Assembly (NCBI GenBank): GCA_963776275.1
Contig: CAVZMI010000033.1
Location: 1-37,174 of the forward strand
Direction of reading: 5' to 3'
Length of the DNA: 37,174 nucleotides
DNA from: Ignavibacteriota bacterium
GTDB taxonomy: Bacteria; Bacteroidota; Ignavibacteria; UBA10030; CAVZMI01
In this document: positions 1 through 9,570 of the stretch, in pieces
Layout of the letters: each line of letters starts with the position of its first letter
Position numbering within the stretch: the first letter of the stretch is position 1
The notes under the pieces: model-generated
Told to the model about the DNA's origin: nothing
The model's input: the letters and a program-made list of their open reading frames with translations, nothing else
The model's database searches: none
Made by a program: the position numbers and the translations under genes

Positions 1-9
1 AATGTATTG

Positions 10-831
10 CTAGGCGAATGACTCGGCACTCATACGGGTAAAGATGTATTCTATAAGTGACTGTACTTCATATTCGTACATTCCCGGTTCGATACTCATG
101 ATCGCCTGTGTTTGAGCAACGACGGTAATCTCAACCGCTTTCCGGATCAACGCAATTTCCTCGGGAGATTTTATTGCCCGCATTTCAGTCAGTATGGGAG
201 TCGGATCCTTAACAACGACCTTTTGATTAATCGAGGGGAGAAGCTTTCGCAACGGCCGTGTGTACTCCGCAATATCACCCGTGAAATCATTCGGGAAAGT
301 CGGAACATAGAGAACCTCTGCTTTTGCAATAAGCGAACCGACCATCCGGCCGAAGTCTGAAATTGGAAAAACATTTTCCATACCGTATCGCGTCTTCAGA
401 ATATCCTCAGTCAAACCCGGACCTTCAAAGATAGCATCCCACCCGGAATGCAATTCATAAAATAAAAGTTCTTTTATTGTCTGTGAAGGTACGGTGTCTT
501 TTTGGGAAGTGATATTATATCCACCGGGGATGAGAACCATTATACAATTCGGCTCATTTATGCCGGTAAGGTAATAAAAATTATCGCCCTGCCGGTATCG
601 ATATTCCGTATCATTATTGCGATATCGTACTGGACTACTATAAAAGACCGCAACCGACGCAGGTTCGATATCTTTTATTAATTTCTCGCGCCTAACTTTA
701 AAGATATTTGGCTGAGTTCCGGATTCATCTCCCTTTCCCTCTCCTTTTGTACCCGCAACAATGGAGGCATCGCCCGAGAGGTATCCGATTATTATCAGAA
801 TCCATAAAATATAGCGCGTCAAACGAGACAT
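10..831 (-). CDS. Xaa-Pro aminopeptidase (M24B), N-terminal part only; apparent signal peptide
   Basis: AMP_N motif RNNDTEYRYRQGDNFYYLTG and M24 start MRAIKSPEEIALIRKA...PGMYEYEV; stops (TAG) before the metal ligands, 10 nt from the window edge. Confidence 0.85.
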   Translation of the reverse strand: MSRLTRYILWILIIIGYLSGDASIVAGTKGEGKGDESGTQPNIFKVRREKLIKDIEPASVAVFYSSPVRYRNNDTEYRYRQGDNFYYLTGINEPNCIMVLIPGGYNITSQKDTVPSQTIKELLFYELHSGWDAIFEGPGLTEDILKTRYGMENVFPISDFGRMVGSLIAKAEVLYVPTFPNDFTGDIAEYTRPLRKLLPSINQKVVVKDPTPILTEMRAIKSPEEIALIRKAVEITVVAQTQAIMSIEPGMYEYEVQSLIEYIFTRMSAESFA

Positions 832-840
832 AATACACTA

Positions 841-1047
841 TCAATTTTCTGTCGGTGTACCGGAAGCGTCATCGGGTTTTGCTTTTATTTCTTGAATTTC
901 CTTACGGATTTCCTGAGCTTTCCTCTTTAGTTCATTCATTGCTTTCCGCACGCGCGTTCCGGCAGACTTGTTTCCTTTATCGTAGAATTTCACAAAATCT
1001 TTTTCAAAACTTTGAACCAGAGCGACAAGTTCTTGGAATCGATTCAT
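841..1047 (-). CDS. Histone H1-like Hc1-family small basic protein
   Basis: KFYDKGNKSAGTRVRKAMNELK is the Bacteroidota Hc1 signature; RBS GAGGAG upstream. Confidence 0.85.
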   Translation of the reverse strand: MNRFQELVALVQSFEKDFVKFYDKGNKSAGTRVRKAMNELKRKAQEIRKEIQEIKAKPDDASGTPTEN

Positions 1048-1381
1048 GGATTTCTCCTCTTTTAATTGTGGATGACTGATGTTGCTTCTCCTATGCTTGT
1101 GCTTTAAGTGTTTTCGTACGGATTGATACCCGCGCTGACGATCCGACCGATTAATCCATAGTTATACAGCGCTAACATGCTTTACGGAATCTTGCTTCAT
1201 ACTGCGTTCAGAAATCCGCTTCGATGAGCGTCCAAATCGATATCTTTCGGAATTGGTTTCGGAGTGATCGATCTTCATTCGAGAAACTTACTTATCAATG
1301 CAGTGATAGAACTATCATAATATATAAGAAAAAGCAAATTTTGCAATAGAAAATTTTGAAAAAGGACTATTTTGCCCTGCT

Positions 1382-2200
1382 TCATCTTCTCGCCGATTCA
1401 TCACGCCGTTGATTCCACATCACGATACCTGTTAAACCGAAGAGACATGAAGAGATGAAAAAACCTATTGTCGAAGGTATCGACTTTGGATGCAGCACTT
1501 CAACAAACGGATGGATACCGGCAAGCGGTAATTCGAAAATATAAGAGTTTATAAGAATAATGCAAAGCAGCGAAAACGCCGACAGAAAAAGCGAGCCGGA
1601 TCGACGGTAGATCATCGATTGGTAAATACCGAGAAATAAAAAAGCCATAACAGAGAGTGATCCGGTGAGGAATGAGAAACCTCTTTCGGAATATCCGAGA
1701 AAAACAAATCCCCCAAGCGAAAGAATCCACAGAAAGGATGAGATCGTACTGCGCCGGATGGTTTCGATTCTTTTCCCACTGCGGGGAAGAAATGCGCCCC
1801 TCCAGCAGATTTCGGTGCTGAATAAAAGGGGAAACCACAACACATAATTGAGAGGAAGATCGATCATTAGGCCGAGAATTCTGGTTTCGACATTCACGTT
1901 TTCCGAAAAACGTACAAGTTTTACCAGTATCATTAATGATGCAGACACACCGGCGAGCAGTATTGGAATGAATAAAGAGAGAAACCACAAGCGAATCTGT
2001 CCGAATCTGCCTAAGACATTAATGAGATTCACCCCCTGCGAAGAGAGAAACCAGATCGAGGCTAGAGGGACCAGAAAAAGGGGGATGAAGTGGATGCCGA
2101 ACATCCGGAAATCAAAGAAATATCCAAATCGAATCCAGAGAAATTCAAATCCCCACGAGACGATGATTATCAGGAGAAGGAAAATTGATTTTCTGTTCAA
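1382..2200 (-). CDS. Integral membrane protein, degenerate CPBP/Abi (CAAX protease-like) family
   Basis: About 8 hydrophobic segments; TEICWRG resembles the EExxWRG motif; YRRSGSLF motif present, His motifs not evident. Confidence 0.6.
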   Translation of the reverse strand: MNRKSIFLLLIIIVSWGFEFLWIRFGYFFDFRMFGIHFIPLFLVPLASIWFLSSQGVNLINVLGRFGQIRLWFLSLFIPILLAGVSASLMILVKLVRFSENVNVETRILGLMIDLPLNYVLWFPLLFSTEICWRGAFLPRSGKRIETIRRSTISSFLWILSLGGFVFLGYSERGFSFLTGSLSVMAFLFLGIYQSMIYRRSGSLFLSAFSLLCIILINSYIFELPLAGIHPFVEVLHPKSIPSTIGFFISSCLFGLTGIVMWNQRRDESARR

Positions 2201-2575
2201 TGCAGTGTCCGACTTATTCTCATGAATAAAATGTATGACAGTACATCCATATATTCAATAAGTTTTTTCCCACCCCTCTTCATTGAACGATGTCCGCACT
2301 ATAATTCCCTGATCCCCCGGGTCGAAGTGAACTGCCGTATGTGCATCCATCATTCAGGGTGTCCGGCTTCTGCATACAGAGGAAAAATTAACATTAAGGG
2401 AAACATATTAGAAAAATGACCAAGAAAATGTAAAAAACTGATTGTGATAGCGGTTTCTTAGGTTTTTCATTCTATTTTCGTATATTGGATGAAACAGCAA
2501 TAATTTTTACTATGCATTCCGCGACGCCATCCTTTTGATTTTCACGATTGATTCGTGTATTTTGCATCATTACCT

Positions 2576-3661
2576 ATGATTATTAGGCATCAGACAGAAC
2601 ATATTCTTGAAAATATTCCGCTGGCCCGATATACTACAATCGGACTCGGGGGTCCGGCCCGGTATTTTTTCGCAGCCACTTCTACTGAAATGCTACGGGA
2701 CGGCTTAAGATTCGCACTCGGGAAAAAACTTCCTGTGCAGGTGCTTGGCGCCGGTAGTAATATTATATTCCCCGACGAAGGCTTTCGAGGTCTGGTTCTT
2801 CAGATCGGACAGAAGGGTGTGACTTTTAAAGATGATGGAGAGTCGGTGCTAGTCACAGCTTCTGCCGGTGAAGCGCTGGATCGGTTCATCCTGAGATGCA
2901 TCGATCAAGGATTATGCGGAATCGAATGCCTCTCGGGCATACCCGGCTTTGTTGGTGCGACTCCAATTCAGAATGTCGGAGCGTACGGACAGGAAGTTGC
3001 CGATACAATTTATTCATTACGCGTACTCCACCGCCAAAGCCTCACCTCCATGGAAATGACTGCAGCAGAATGTAAGTTCGGCTATCGGCAGAGCCGTTTT
3101 AGAACCGGTGCAAACAATCAATATATCATTCTTGATGTTACCTTTCGTTTGAGAAAAGACGGACGCCCAACGATACGTTATCCGGAGTTACAAAAATTTA
3201 TTGATACGTCAGGCGGTCTCGACCGCTTCGAGAGCGGCGCTTCGGTTCTACGCGCCGTTCGAGAAGCCGTTCTGACCCTTCGCCGGCAGAAGTCGATGGT
3301 GATTGATCCGCAGGACCCAAACACACGATCTGTCGGATCATTTTTTAAAAATCCAATACTGACTCAGGAGAATTTTCGGTCGCTCATCAACAACTGGAAA
3401 AAAGACGGAGATGGAAATCCGGTTCCCTCATATGCATCATCTAAAGGCATTAAAGTACCAGCCGCATGGCTTATCGAAAAGGCCGGTTTCCAACGTGGAT
3501 ACCGATACAAAGGAGTTGGTATTTCAGCAAATCATTCCCTCGCACTTATTAATTATAATGGAACAACAAAAGAACTCCTCGAGCTCGCAGCAATCATTAA
3601 ATCGAATGTGTACAAAAAGTTTTTGCTCAGACTCGAACCCGAACCGGTAGTGGTACAATAG
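2576..3661 (+). CDS. murB: UDP-N-acetylenolpyruvoylglucosamine reductase
   Basis: LGAGSNI, GIPGFVGATPIQNVGAYG, FGYRQSRF, SVGSFFKNP, LEPEP motifs; ATG 2576 preferred to GTG 2555. Confidence 0.95.
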   Translation: MIIRHQTEHILENIPLARYTTIGLGGPARYFFAATSTEMLRDGLRFALGKKLPVQVLGAGSNIIFPDEGFRGLVLQIGQKGVTFKDDGESVLVTASAGEALDRFILRCIDQGLCGIECLSGIPGFVGATPIQNVGAYGQEVADTIYSLRVLHRQSLTSMEMTAAECKFGYRQSRFRTGANNQYIILDVTFRLRKDGRPTIRYPELQKFIDTSGGLDRFESGASVLRAVREAVLTLRRQKSMVIDPQDPNTRSVGSFFKNPILTQENFRSLINNWKKDGDGNPVPSYASSKGIKVPAAWLIEKAGFQRGYRYKGVGISANHSLALINYNGTTKELLELAAIIKSNVYKKFLLRLEPEPVVVQ

Positions 3662-3690
3662 ATAAAATATTGCAACAAGAAGGAGAATCT

Positions 3691-5373
3691 ATGAATCTTC
3701 AAAATATATACTTGAGAATATTCCCTTTTATTGCATTCACGATTATTTTATACTCGGATGGATGTAAGAAAGAAGATCACAATATGACGGCTATTGAAAA
3801 AATACAGAAGCAGCTCTCACGATTTGCGCCGACACAGATCAGTGCAGATACGACGAGCCTCAGCCCCGGCGATCGTCATGCATTAAAGAAACTCATCGAA
3901 GCCGGCAAGATCATGGATAACTTATTCCTTGAACAAATATGGAGCGGCGATAGCGCGCTCCTGGAAAAACTTGCAAACCGTAAATCGAAGATAGGAAAAC
4001 TGAAGCTGCAATATTTCATGATCAATGGTGTACCATGGTCGCGCCTCGATAACGATACGGCGTTCATCGACGGTGTTCCACCTACGCCCCCGCCCGGAGC
4101 GAATTTTTATCCGGATTATATGACAAAAGAGGAGTTCGAGACATGGCTCAAAGAACTCAGGCCAAAAGAGCAGGAACAGGCAAAGGGATTTTTCACAACG
4201 ATCAGGCGCGATGAAAATCGAAGGCTAAAAATCGTCCCTTACAATATTGAATATGCGGAAGATCTCAAGCAGGCCTCTGCTTTGTTGAAAGAGGCTGCGG
4301 CTCTGACAGAGAATGCTTCATTGAAGAATTTTCTGTTGAAGCGCGCCGCTTCATTCCTGAGCAACGATTATTACGCATCCGATGTTGCCTGGATGGAGGT
4401 TGATGCTCCAATCGATGTAACAATCGGCCCGTACGAGACCTACCAGGACAAGATTTTCGGATACAAAGCGACCTTCGAAGCATTTGTGACGCTGCGTGAC
4501 GAGAAGGAATCGGCGAAGCTGAAAAAATTCAGCTCATATCTCCAGGAGCTTGAGAATAACCTGCCGATGAGTCCGAAATACAGAAATCCAAAGCTTGGCG
4601 CCGCCTCACCGATCCGCGTCGTTGACGAGGTATTCGCCGGCGGAGATACGAAAGGAGTCCAGACCGCGGCATTCAACCTTCCGAACGACGAAAAAGTAGT
4701 AAAGGAAAAGGGAAGCAAGCGGGTGATGCTGAAGAATGTGCAGGAGGCCAAGTTTAATAAGATTTTAATTCCGATCAGCCGCGCTATTCTCGATAATGAA
4801 CAACAAGCGGATGTTTTGTTCGAACCGTTCTTCACACATATTCTCGCGCATGAACTGATGCACGGACTAGGTCCCCATAATATCATCGTCAATGGAAAGC
4901 CGGCTACTGTGCGCACAACATTACAGGAGCTCTATTCGGCAATCGAGGAAGCGAAAGCGGATATCGCCGGCCTCTGGGCTCTTCAGTATCTCATTGACAA
5001 AGGAGTACTCGAGAAATCAATGGAGAAAACAATGTACACAACCTTCCTCGCGGGTGTATTCCGTTCGGTCCGGTTCGGAATTAATGAAGCACATGGGAAA
5101 GGCATTGCTCTTCAGTTCAATTATTTAATGGATGACGGAGCGATCAGTCATAATTCGGAAAACGGAACGTTCCACGTAAACATTGAGAAGATGAAAGAGT
5201 CGGTCTGCAAATTGACCCGAGAAATTTTGACACTTCAGGCCGAGGGGAATAAAGAGAAAGCAAAAAAGATGCTTGAGAAATATGTTATTATACGCCCGGA
5301 GATGCAGCGGGCTCTGGATAAGCTCAACAATATACCGGTCGATATTGCACCGGAATACACCCTAGCAAAATAA
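3691..5373 (+). CDS. Peptidase M49 (DPP III-like, HEXXH type), probable lipoprotein
   Basis: HELMHGLG and EEAKAD zinc motifs; IGPYETYQD; AFNLPNDE; RBS AAGGAG before ATG 3691; hydrophobic N-terminus followed by GC-KKE. Confidence 0.85.
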   Translation: MNLQNIYLRIFPFIAFTIILYSDGCKKEDHNMTAIEKIQKQLSRFAPTQISADTTSLSPGDRHALKKLIEAGKIMDNLFLEQIWSGDSALLEKLANRKSKIGKLKLQYFMINGVPWSRLDNDTAFIDGVPPTPPPGANFYPDYMTKEEFETWLKELRPKEQEQAKGFFTTIRRDENRRLKIVPYNIEYAEDLKQASALLKEAAALTENASLKNFLLKRAASFLSNDYYASDVAWMEVDAPIDVTIGPYETYQDKIFGYKATFEAFVTLRDEKESAKLKKFSSYLQELENNLPMSPKYRNPKLGAASPIRVVDEVFAGGDTKGVQTAAFNLPNDEKVVKEKGSKRVMLKNVQEAKFNKILIPISRAILDNEQQADVLFEPFFTHILAHELMHGLGPHNIIVNGKPATVRTTLQELYSAIEEAKADIAGLWALQYLIDKGVLEKSMEKTMYTTFLAGVFRSVRFGINEAHGKGIALQFNYLMDDGAISHNSENGTFHVNIEKMKESVCKLTREILTLQAEGNKEKAKKMLEKYVIIRPEMQRALDKLNNIPVDIAPEYTLAK

Positions 5374-5416
5374 AAGATGCCCTGAGTAAGGTTTAATACA
5401 ACAATCATAAGGAGAA

Positions 5417-6319
5417 ATGATGAAAAGAACACTGGTAACTCTTATATGTTTAATTCTTGTTGCTTTTTCGTTGCAGATTAGTGTGAATGCGCAGGATGTC
5501 AGCACGCAGGCAGGCCAGAGTTCGGAGAACGTCGGCGGGCAGGCCCGCCTGAGTTCAGAGAACGTCGGCGGGCAGGCAGGCCAGAGTTCCGACTCCGTGC
5601 AGAATATTCAGCTTGCCACAGATAAAGAAAAAATAGGTTATATCCTTGGATACTTTTACGGAACGAACCTGAATAGCGACAAGGTTGAAATGGATACGAA
5701 TTCCTTTTGTAACGGACTTAAGGATGCTTTCTCGGGGCGCCCTTCTCTTCTTCCGGACACTACAATGGACAAAATGTACACGAATTTCAGAGAAGAGTTG
5801 CAGGTCAAGAGAATGATGAGGGCGAAAGAACTGGGTGAAAAGAATAAAAAAGAAGCCGATAGCTGCCTTGCCGAGAATAAAAAGAAAGACAGTGTGATAA
5901 CACTACCGAGCGGATTACAATACAAAGTTCTCCGCGAAGGAACGGGCATCTCGCCTACCTTGGATGATACCGTTATCACTAATTATCGTGCTTGGTTTCT
6001 AAACGGGAAAGAATTCGATAACTCGTATTCACGTGGAGGACCTGCAACGTTCCGGCTCAAGGGAGTTATCAAGGGATGAACCGAAGCACTGCAATTAATG
6101 AAAGTCGGATCGAAGTGGCAATTATGGATACCCCCATCTCTCGGGTACGGCGAACAGGGGTATAGAAACGCTATAGAGCCGAACGCATTGTTGCTTTTTG
6201 AAGTCGAGCTGCTTGATATTAAAAAAGGGCAGCCACCCGCCGTGAAAACTGAAGAGAAAGCAGCACCGAAGAAGGAAGCGGCGAAAAAGGATGTAAAGAA
6301 AGAGACGAAAAAGAAATAA
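5417..6319 (+). pseudogene. FKBP-type PPIase (FkpA/Mip-like) with in-frame TGA at 6077-6079; may be an intact gene with a base error
   Basis: FKBP_N domain, [42 protein letters not shown]; both track ORFs share one frame. Confidence 0.85.
5507..5590 (+). repeat. 33-bp in-frame tandem repeat (about 2.5 copies) with internal palindrome
   Basis: Encodes QAGQSSENVGG/QARLSSENVGG/QAGQSS; contains GCCCGCC/GGCGGGC inverted arms. Confidence 0.85.
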
Positions 6320-6342
6320 CACATTATAAAAAGGAGTATCCT

Positions 6343-7068
6343 ATGAGCAAGCGAATTCGTTTGTTACAATGGTTATGCATCCCGGCAATACTGACAGTCA
6401 TCATTTTAATGGGGAATGGGTGTAAAAAGGACAATCCCGTTTCCAGTGAAAACACCATTTCCGAAGAAAATCTTATGCCGTTCGGGCTCGGGAGAATCTG
6501 GGTTTTTACCGTATATGACCTAGATACAGCGGCAGGCCAAAAAATTCCATCGACAGTCCACCGGGAGGCTTCATATGTCTACTCAGCATCGATAACCGTC
6601 GGTGGAAAATCGGCGTTCGGAATGATCGATTCAATCTACACACCTGCCGGTACTCTAACTTCTATAGACACTTCGTATCTTGCAGTCGAAAATGGTGATT
6701 ACCTTCAATGGGATCAGGGACATTCGATCTGGTTAACAATGTTCAAGAAATCGGCAGGACTTAACGTAGAATATCAGGCCGGTCAGTATCAGGAGAGTTA
6801 CTATGGAACGCCGGTAGACATCATTTTTAAAGGAATGATCTTACCAAAAGAAACCGTCTCGGTTCCTATAGGAATTGTTCAGGCATATAAGTTGCAGGTG
6901 AAGGTGACCGCTGTGGTTGGAGGAGTCTCTTATGACGCACAGTTGGTGTATATCTATATTGCAGATGGGTATGGCCCCGTGCGAATATTTTCCCCCCCTC
7001 AGTATGAAGTAGGATCAAACGTGAAAATCAAAGGACAAGAACAGTTATTGGTAAGTAAGAATTTTTAG
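6343..7068 (+). CDS. Hypothetical lipoprotein (beta-rich)
   Basis: RBS AAGGAG; signal peptide ending GNG-CKKDNPVS; ETVSVPIG and YIADGYGPVR resemble DUF3108-like beta-sheet lipoproteins. Confidence 0.75.
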   Translation: MSKRIRLLQWLCIPAILTVIILMGNGCKKDNPVSSENTISEENLMPFGLGRIWVFTVYDLDTAAGQKIPSTVHREASYVYSASITVGGKSAFGMIDSIYTPAGTLTSIDTSYLAVENGDYLQWDQGHSIWLTMFKKSAGLNVEYQAGQYQESYYGTPVDIIFKGMILPKETVSVPIGIVQAYKLQVKVTAVVGGVSYDAQLVYIYIADGYGPVRIFSPPQYEVGSNVKIKGQEQLLVSKNF

Positions 7069-7091
7069 GCACAATATGGACCATACTACAG

Positions 7092-7127
7092 AAGAGGTAA
7101 GCTCTTTCAATGAGTTTGCCTCTTTTT
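7092..7127. terminator. Intrinsic terminator between convergent genes
   Basis: AAGAGGTAAGCTC/GAGTTTGCCTCTT stem followed by a T-run. Confidence 0.75.
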
Positions 7128-7148
7128 ATATGTTCAAGGTTTCAATTT

Positions 7149-8249
7149 TTATACGTTAAATCTGAAATAAATGATATCCCCATCCTCGACCATATATTCT
7201 TTTCCTTGAACATGTAGGAGACCTGAATCTTTAATAGCCTGTTCAGATCCAAGCCGGGCAAGATCGGAATATTTCATGACTTCTGCGCGAATGAAGCCGT
7301 GTTCGAAATCCGTATGGACTGTCCCCGCTGCTTGAGGAGCTTTTGTCCCCCGGGGAATCGTCCATGCATGTGCTTCTTTCGGATTCACGGTGAAAAATGT
7401 AAGCAGGTGCAGGAGGTCATATCCCTCATGGATGACCTTGGTCAATCCCGATTCTTTGAGTCCTAAACTCTCTAAAAACTCTTTTCGCTCTTCAATAGGA
7501 AGCTCGGCCACTTCGGCTTCGACCTCGGCGCTTATCACCACGACTTTCGCCCCTTCTTTTGCAGCGATTTCCCCGACCTGATGAACATATTTATTTTCAT
7601 CGTTATTTAAGTCTTTCTCATGGACGTTACACACATACATCACCGGCTTATTAGTCAGCAGGTGAAGATCGCGCATCAAAATTTTTTCATCGTCGTGTGT
7701 GAAGGAAAAGTACCGTGCGAGGCGTCCGCCGAAAAGATGCTCTCGAACGGCGGCATAGAAATCGGCTTCGTACCTGATTTTCTTATCACCGCTTTTGGCT
7801 TTCTTTTCCGCATCGGCGAGTTTTTTCTCGACGGTCTCGGTATCTTTCAGGATTAATTCCGTTTCGACTACCTCTATATCATATGACGGATTGATATTCC
7901 CGTTGATATGAACGACATTGGCGTCATCAAAACAGCGGACCACATGGGCAATTGCATCGACTTCCCGGATATGGGATAGAAATTGATTGCCGAGTCCTTC
8001 GCCTTTGTTCGCTCCTTTGACCAACCCGGCGATATCGACAAATTCGATTGTAGTCGGCACCTTTTTCCCCGGTTTGAATATTTTTTCGATCAGATCGAGC
8101 CGTTTATCCGGTATGGTCACTATCCCGAAATTGGGATCGATCGTGCAGAACGGATAGTTTGCGACATCGGCCTTAACGGAGGTGATGGCGTTAAAAAGAG
8201 TGGACTTCCCGACGTTCGGCAGACCGACTATTCCACAATTGAAGCCCAT
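7149..8249 (-). CDS. ychF: Redox-regulated ATPase YchF
   Basis: GIVGLPNVGKSTLFNA, ANYPFCTIDPN, DIAGLV, C-terminal TGS domain ending DGDIIYFRFNV. Confidence 0.97.
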   Translation of the reverse strand: MGFNCGIVGLPNVGKSTLFNAITSVKADVANYPFCTIDPNFGIVTIPDKRLDLIEKIFKPGKKVPTTIEFVDIAGLVKGANKGEGLGNQFLSHIREVDAIAHVVRCFDDANVVHINGNINPSYDIEVVETELILKDTETVEKKLADAEKKAKSGDKKIRYEADFYAAVREHLFGGRLARYFSFTHDDEKILMRDLHLLTNKPVMYVCNVHEKDLNNDENKYVHQVGEIAAKEGAKVVVISAEVEAEVAELPIEERKEFLESLGLKESGLTKVIHEGYDLLHLLTFFTVNPKEAHAWTIPRGTKAPQAAGTVHTDFEHGFIRAEVMKYSDLARLGSEQAIKDSGLLHVQGKEYMVEDGDIIYFRFNV

Positions 8250-8346
8250 GATGATTATGCGGTACAGTTAGTAAATATATTTCGCTTTAACCGTTTGCGT
8301 TCCTCCATCCAATATATAAAAAACTTTGTCAAGTCACAAAAAAAGA

Positions 8347-8384
8347 CTTGCATATTTATACAAATATTTGTATATTTATACATC
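8347..8384 (+). promoter_or_regulatory. Tandem ARG boxes overlapping a sigma70-like promoter of the arg operon
   Basis: TGCATATTTATACA (8349-8362) and TGTATATTTATACA (8369-8382), 20-bp period; TTGCAT-N17-TATATT (8348-8376); argR lies in the operon. Confidence 0.85.
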
Positions 8385-8408
8385 AATAAATATCACAGGA
8401 TTTCAATC

Positions 8409-9428
8409 GTGAAACTGCGAATCGGCATTGTCGGCGCATCAGGATATTCCGGTGCAGAACTTCTTCGGATTCTACTAAACCACCCTTCGGTGGAGGTGAC
8501 AAAGGTATTCGCGAATACCTCGGCCGGGAAACGCGTGGACGAGGTGCATCCGTACTTTCTTCAGAAATGTAATCTGCAATTCGAGAAGTACTCGCCGGGA
8601 TCTGCCGCAGGACTCGACATCGTCTTCATAGCGCTGCCGTCGGGTGAAGCTCCCTCCATTATCTCTTCACTCCTTCCCGTCGTTGGAAAAGTGATCGATC
8701 TGGGGGGCGATTTCCGACTGCATGATATGCAGGAGTACCAGCGATACTATAAACACGATCACGAGGCCGCAGAATTCGTTTCGCAGGCTGTCTACGGACT
8801 CCCCGAGCTCTACCGTTCGGCGATCCAGTCGGCACGATTTGTTACAAATCCGGGATGCTACCCGACAGGTGCGATTCTCGGACTTGCCCCGGCTCTCATC
8901 GAGTACATTATCGTCGATCATGGCATCGTGATAAGCTCGCTCTCGGGTGTTTCAGGAGCCGGCCGCTCGGCGAGCGTCGAGAATCTCTTTACCGAATTGA
9001 ACGAGAATGTCCGTGCTTACAAAGTCGTTGTTCATCAACACACACCCGAAATCCGGCAAACACTATCCCATATCTTCGGCCATCATGTATCATTGACGTT
9101 TGTGCCGCATCTGATCCCGATTAACCGGGGTATCTATTCGAGCATTTATGCGCCGTTGAAGGCGGTGGTATCGACGGCGGATGTGATCGATATATACAAA
9201 AAATTCTATGCGAACGCTCCGTTCATCCGGATCATCGAAAAAGATCCACCGGAAATTAAAAACGTCCTCGGGACAAATTATTGTGATATAGGCTTCACGA
9301 TCGATAAAGAAAACAACATGCTTGTTATCCTTTCGGTTATCGATAATCTCGTGAAAGGGGCAGCCGGCCAGGCCGTTCAGAACATGAATCTCATGGCGGG
9401 CCTGCCTGAAACAACGGGACTGGTCTAG
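8409..9428 (+). CDS. argC: N-acetyl-gamma-glutamyl-phosphate reductase
   Basis: IVGASGYSGAEL, NPGCYPT, DNLVKGAAGQAVQN; true start GTG 8409 (the track extension overlaps ychF). Confidence 0.96.
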   Translation: MKLRIGIVGASGYSGAELLRILLNHPSVEVTKVFANTSAGKRVDEVHPYFLQKCNLQFEKYSPGSAAGLDIVFIALPSGEAPSIISSLLPVVGKVIDLGGDFRLHDMQEYQRYYKHDHEAAEFVSQAVYGLPELYRSAIQSARFVTNPGCYPTGAILGLAPALIEYIIVDHGIVISSLSGVSGAGRSASVENLFTELNENVRAYKVVVHQHTPEIRQTLSHIFGHHVSLTFVPHLIPINRGIYSSIYAPLKAVVSTADVIDIYKKFYANAPFIRIIEKDPPEIKNVLGTNYCDIGFTIDKENNMLVILSVIDNLVKGAAGQAVQNMNLMAGLPETTGLV

Positions 9429-9570
9429 TGTCTCGATTCAAAAATAACTTGAATAAGTCGGAGCGCCATATAATGCTACTCCATCCGATTTCCGTCAGTT
9501 TTAATCCTATAAATGCTACAAGTTATTTTTGGTACTCGACACGAGGATAAAAGAAAAGGACAGACCTTCA

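Noticed and set aside
1-40. Genuine truncated aminopeptidase variant
   Set aside because: The stop is 10 nt from the sequence edge, where errors are likely; cannot be judged
5507-5590. CRISPR array
   Set aside because: No unique spacers, in-frame coding, no cas genes; no CRISPR, tRNA or rRNA recognised anywhere in the window
6077-6079. Genome-wide TGA recoding (code 4/25) or selenocysteine
   Set aside because: Hc1, argR and carA end at TGA at natural C-termini, Trp is TGG elsewhere, and the position is a conserved Trp rather than Cys
7983-8408. 142-aa N-terminal extension of ArgC
   Set aside because: It is antisense to ychF and runs through the ARG-box promoter; ArgC homology starts at 8409
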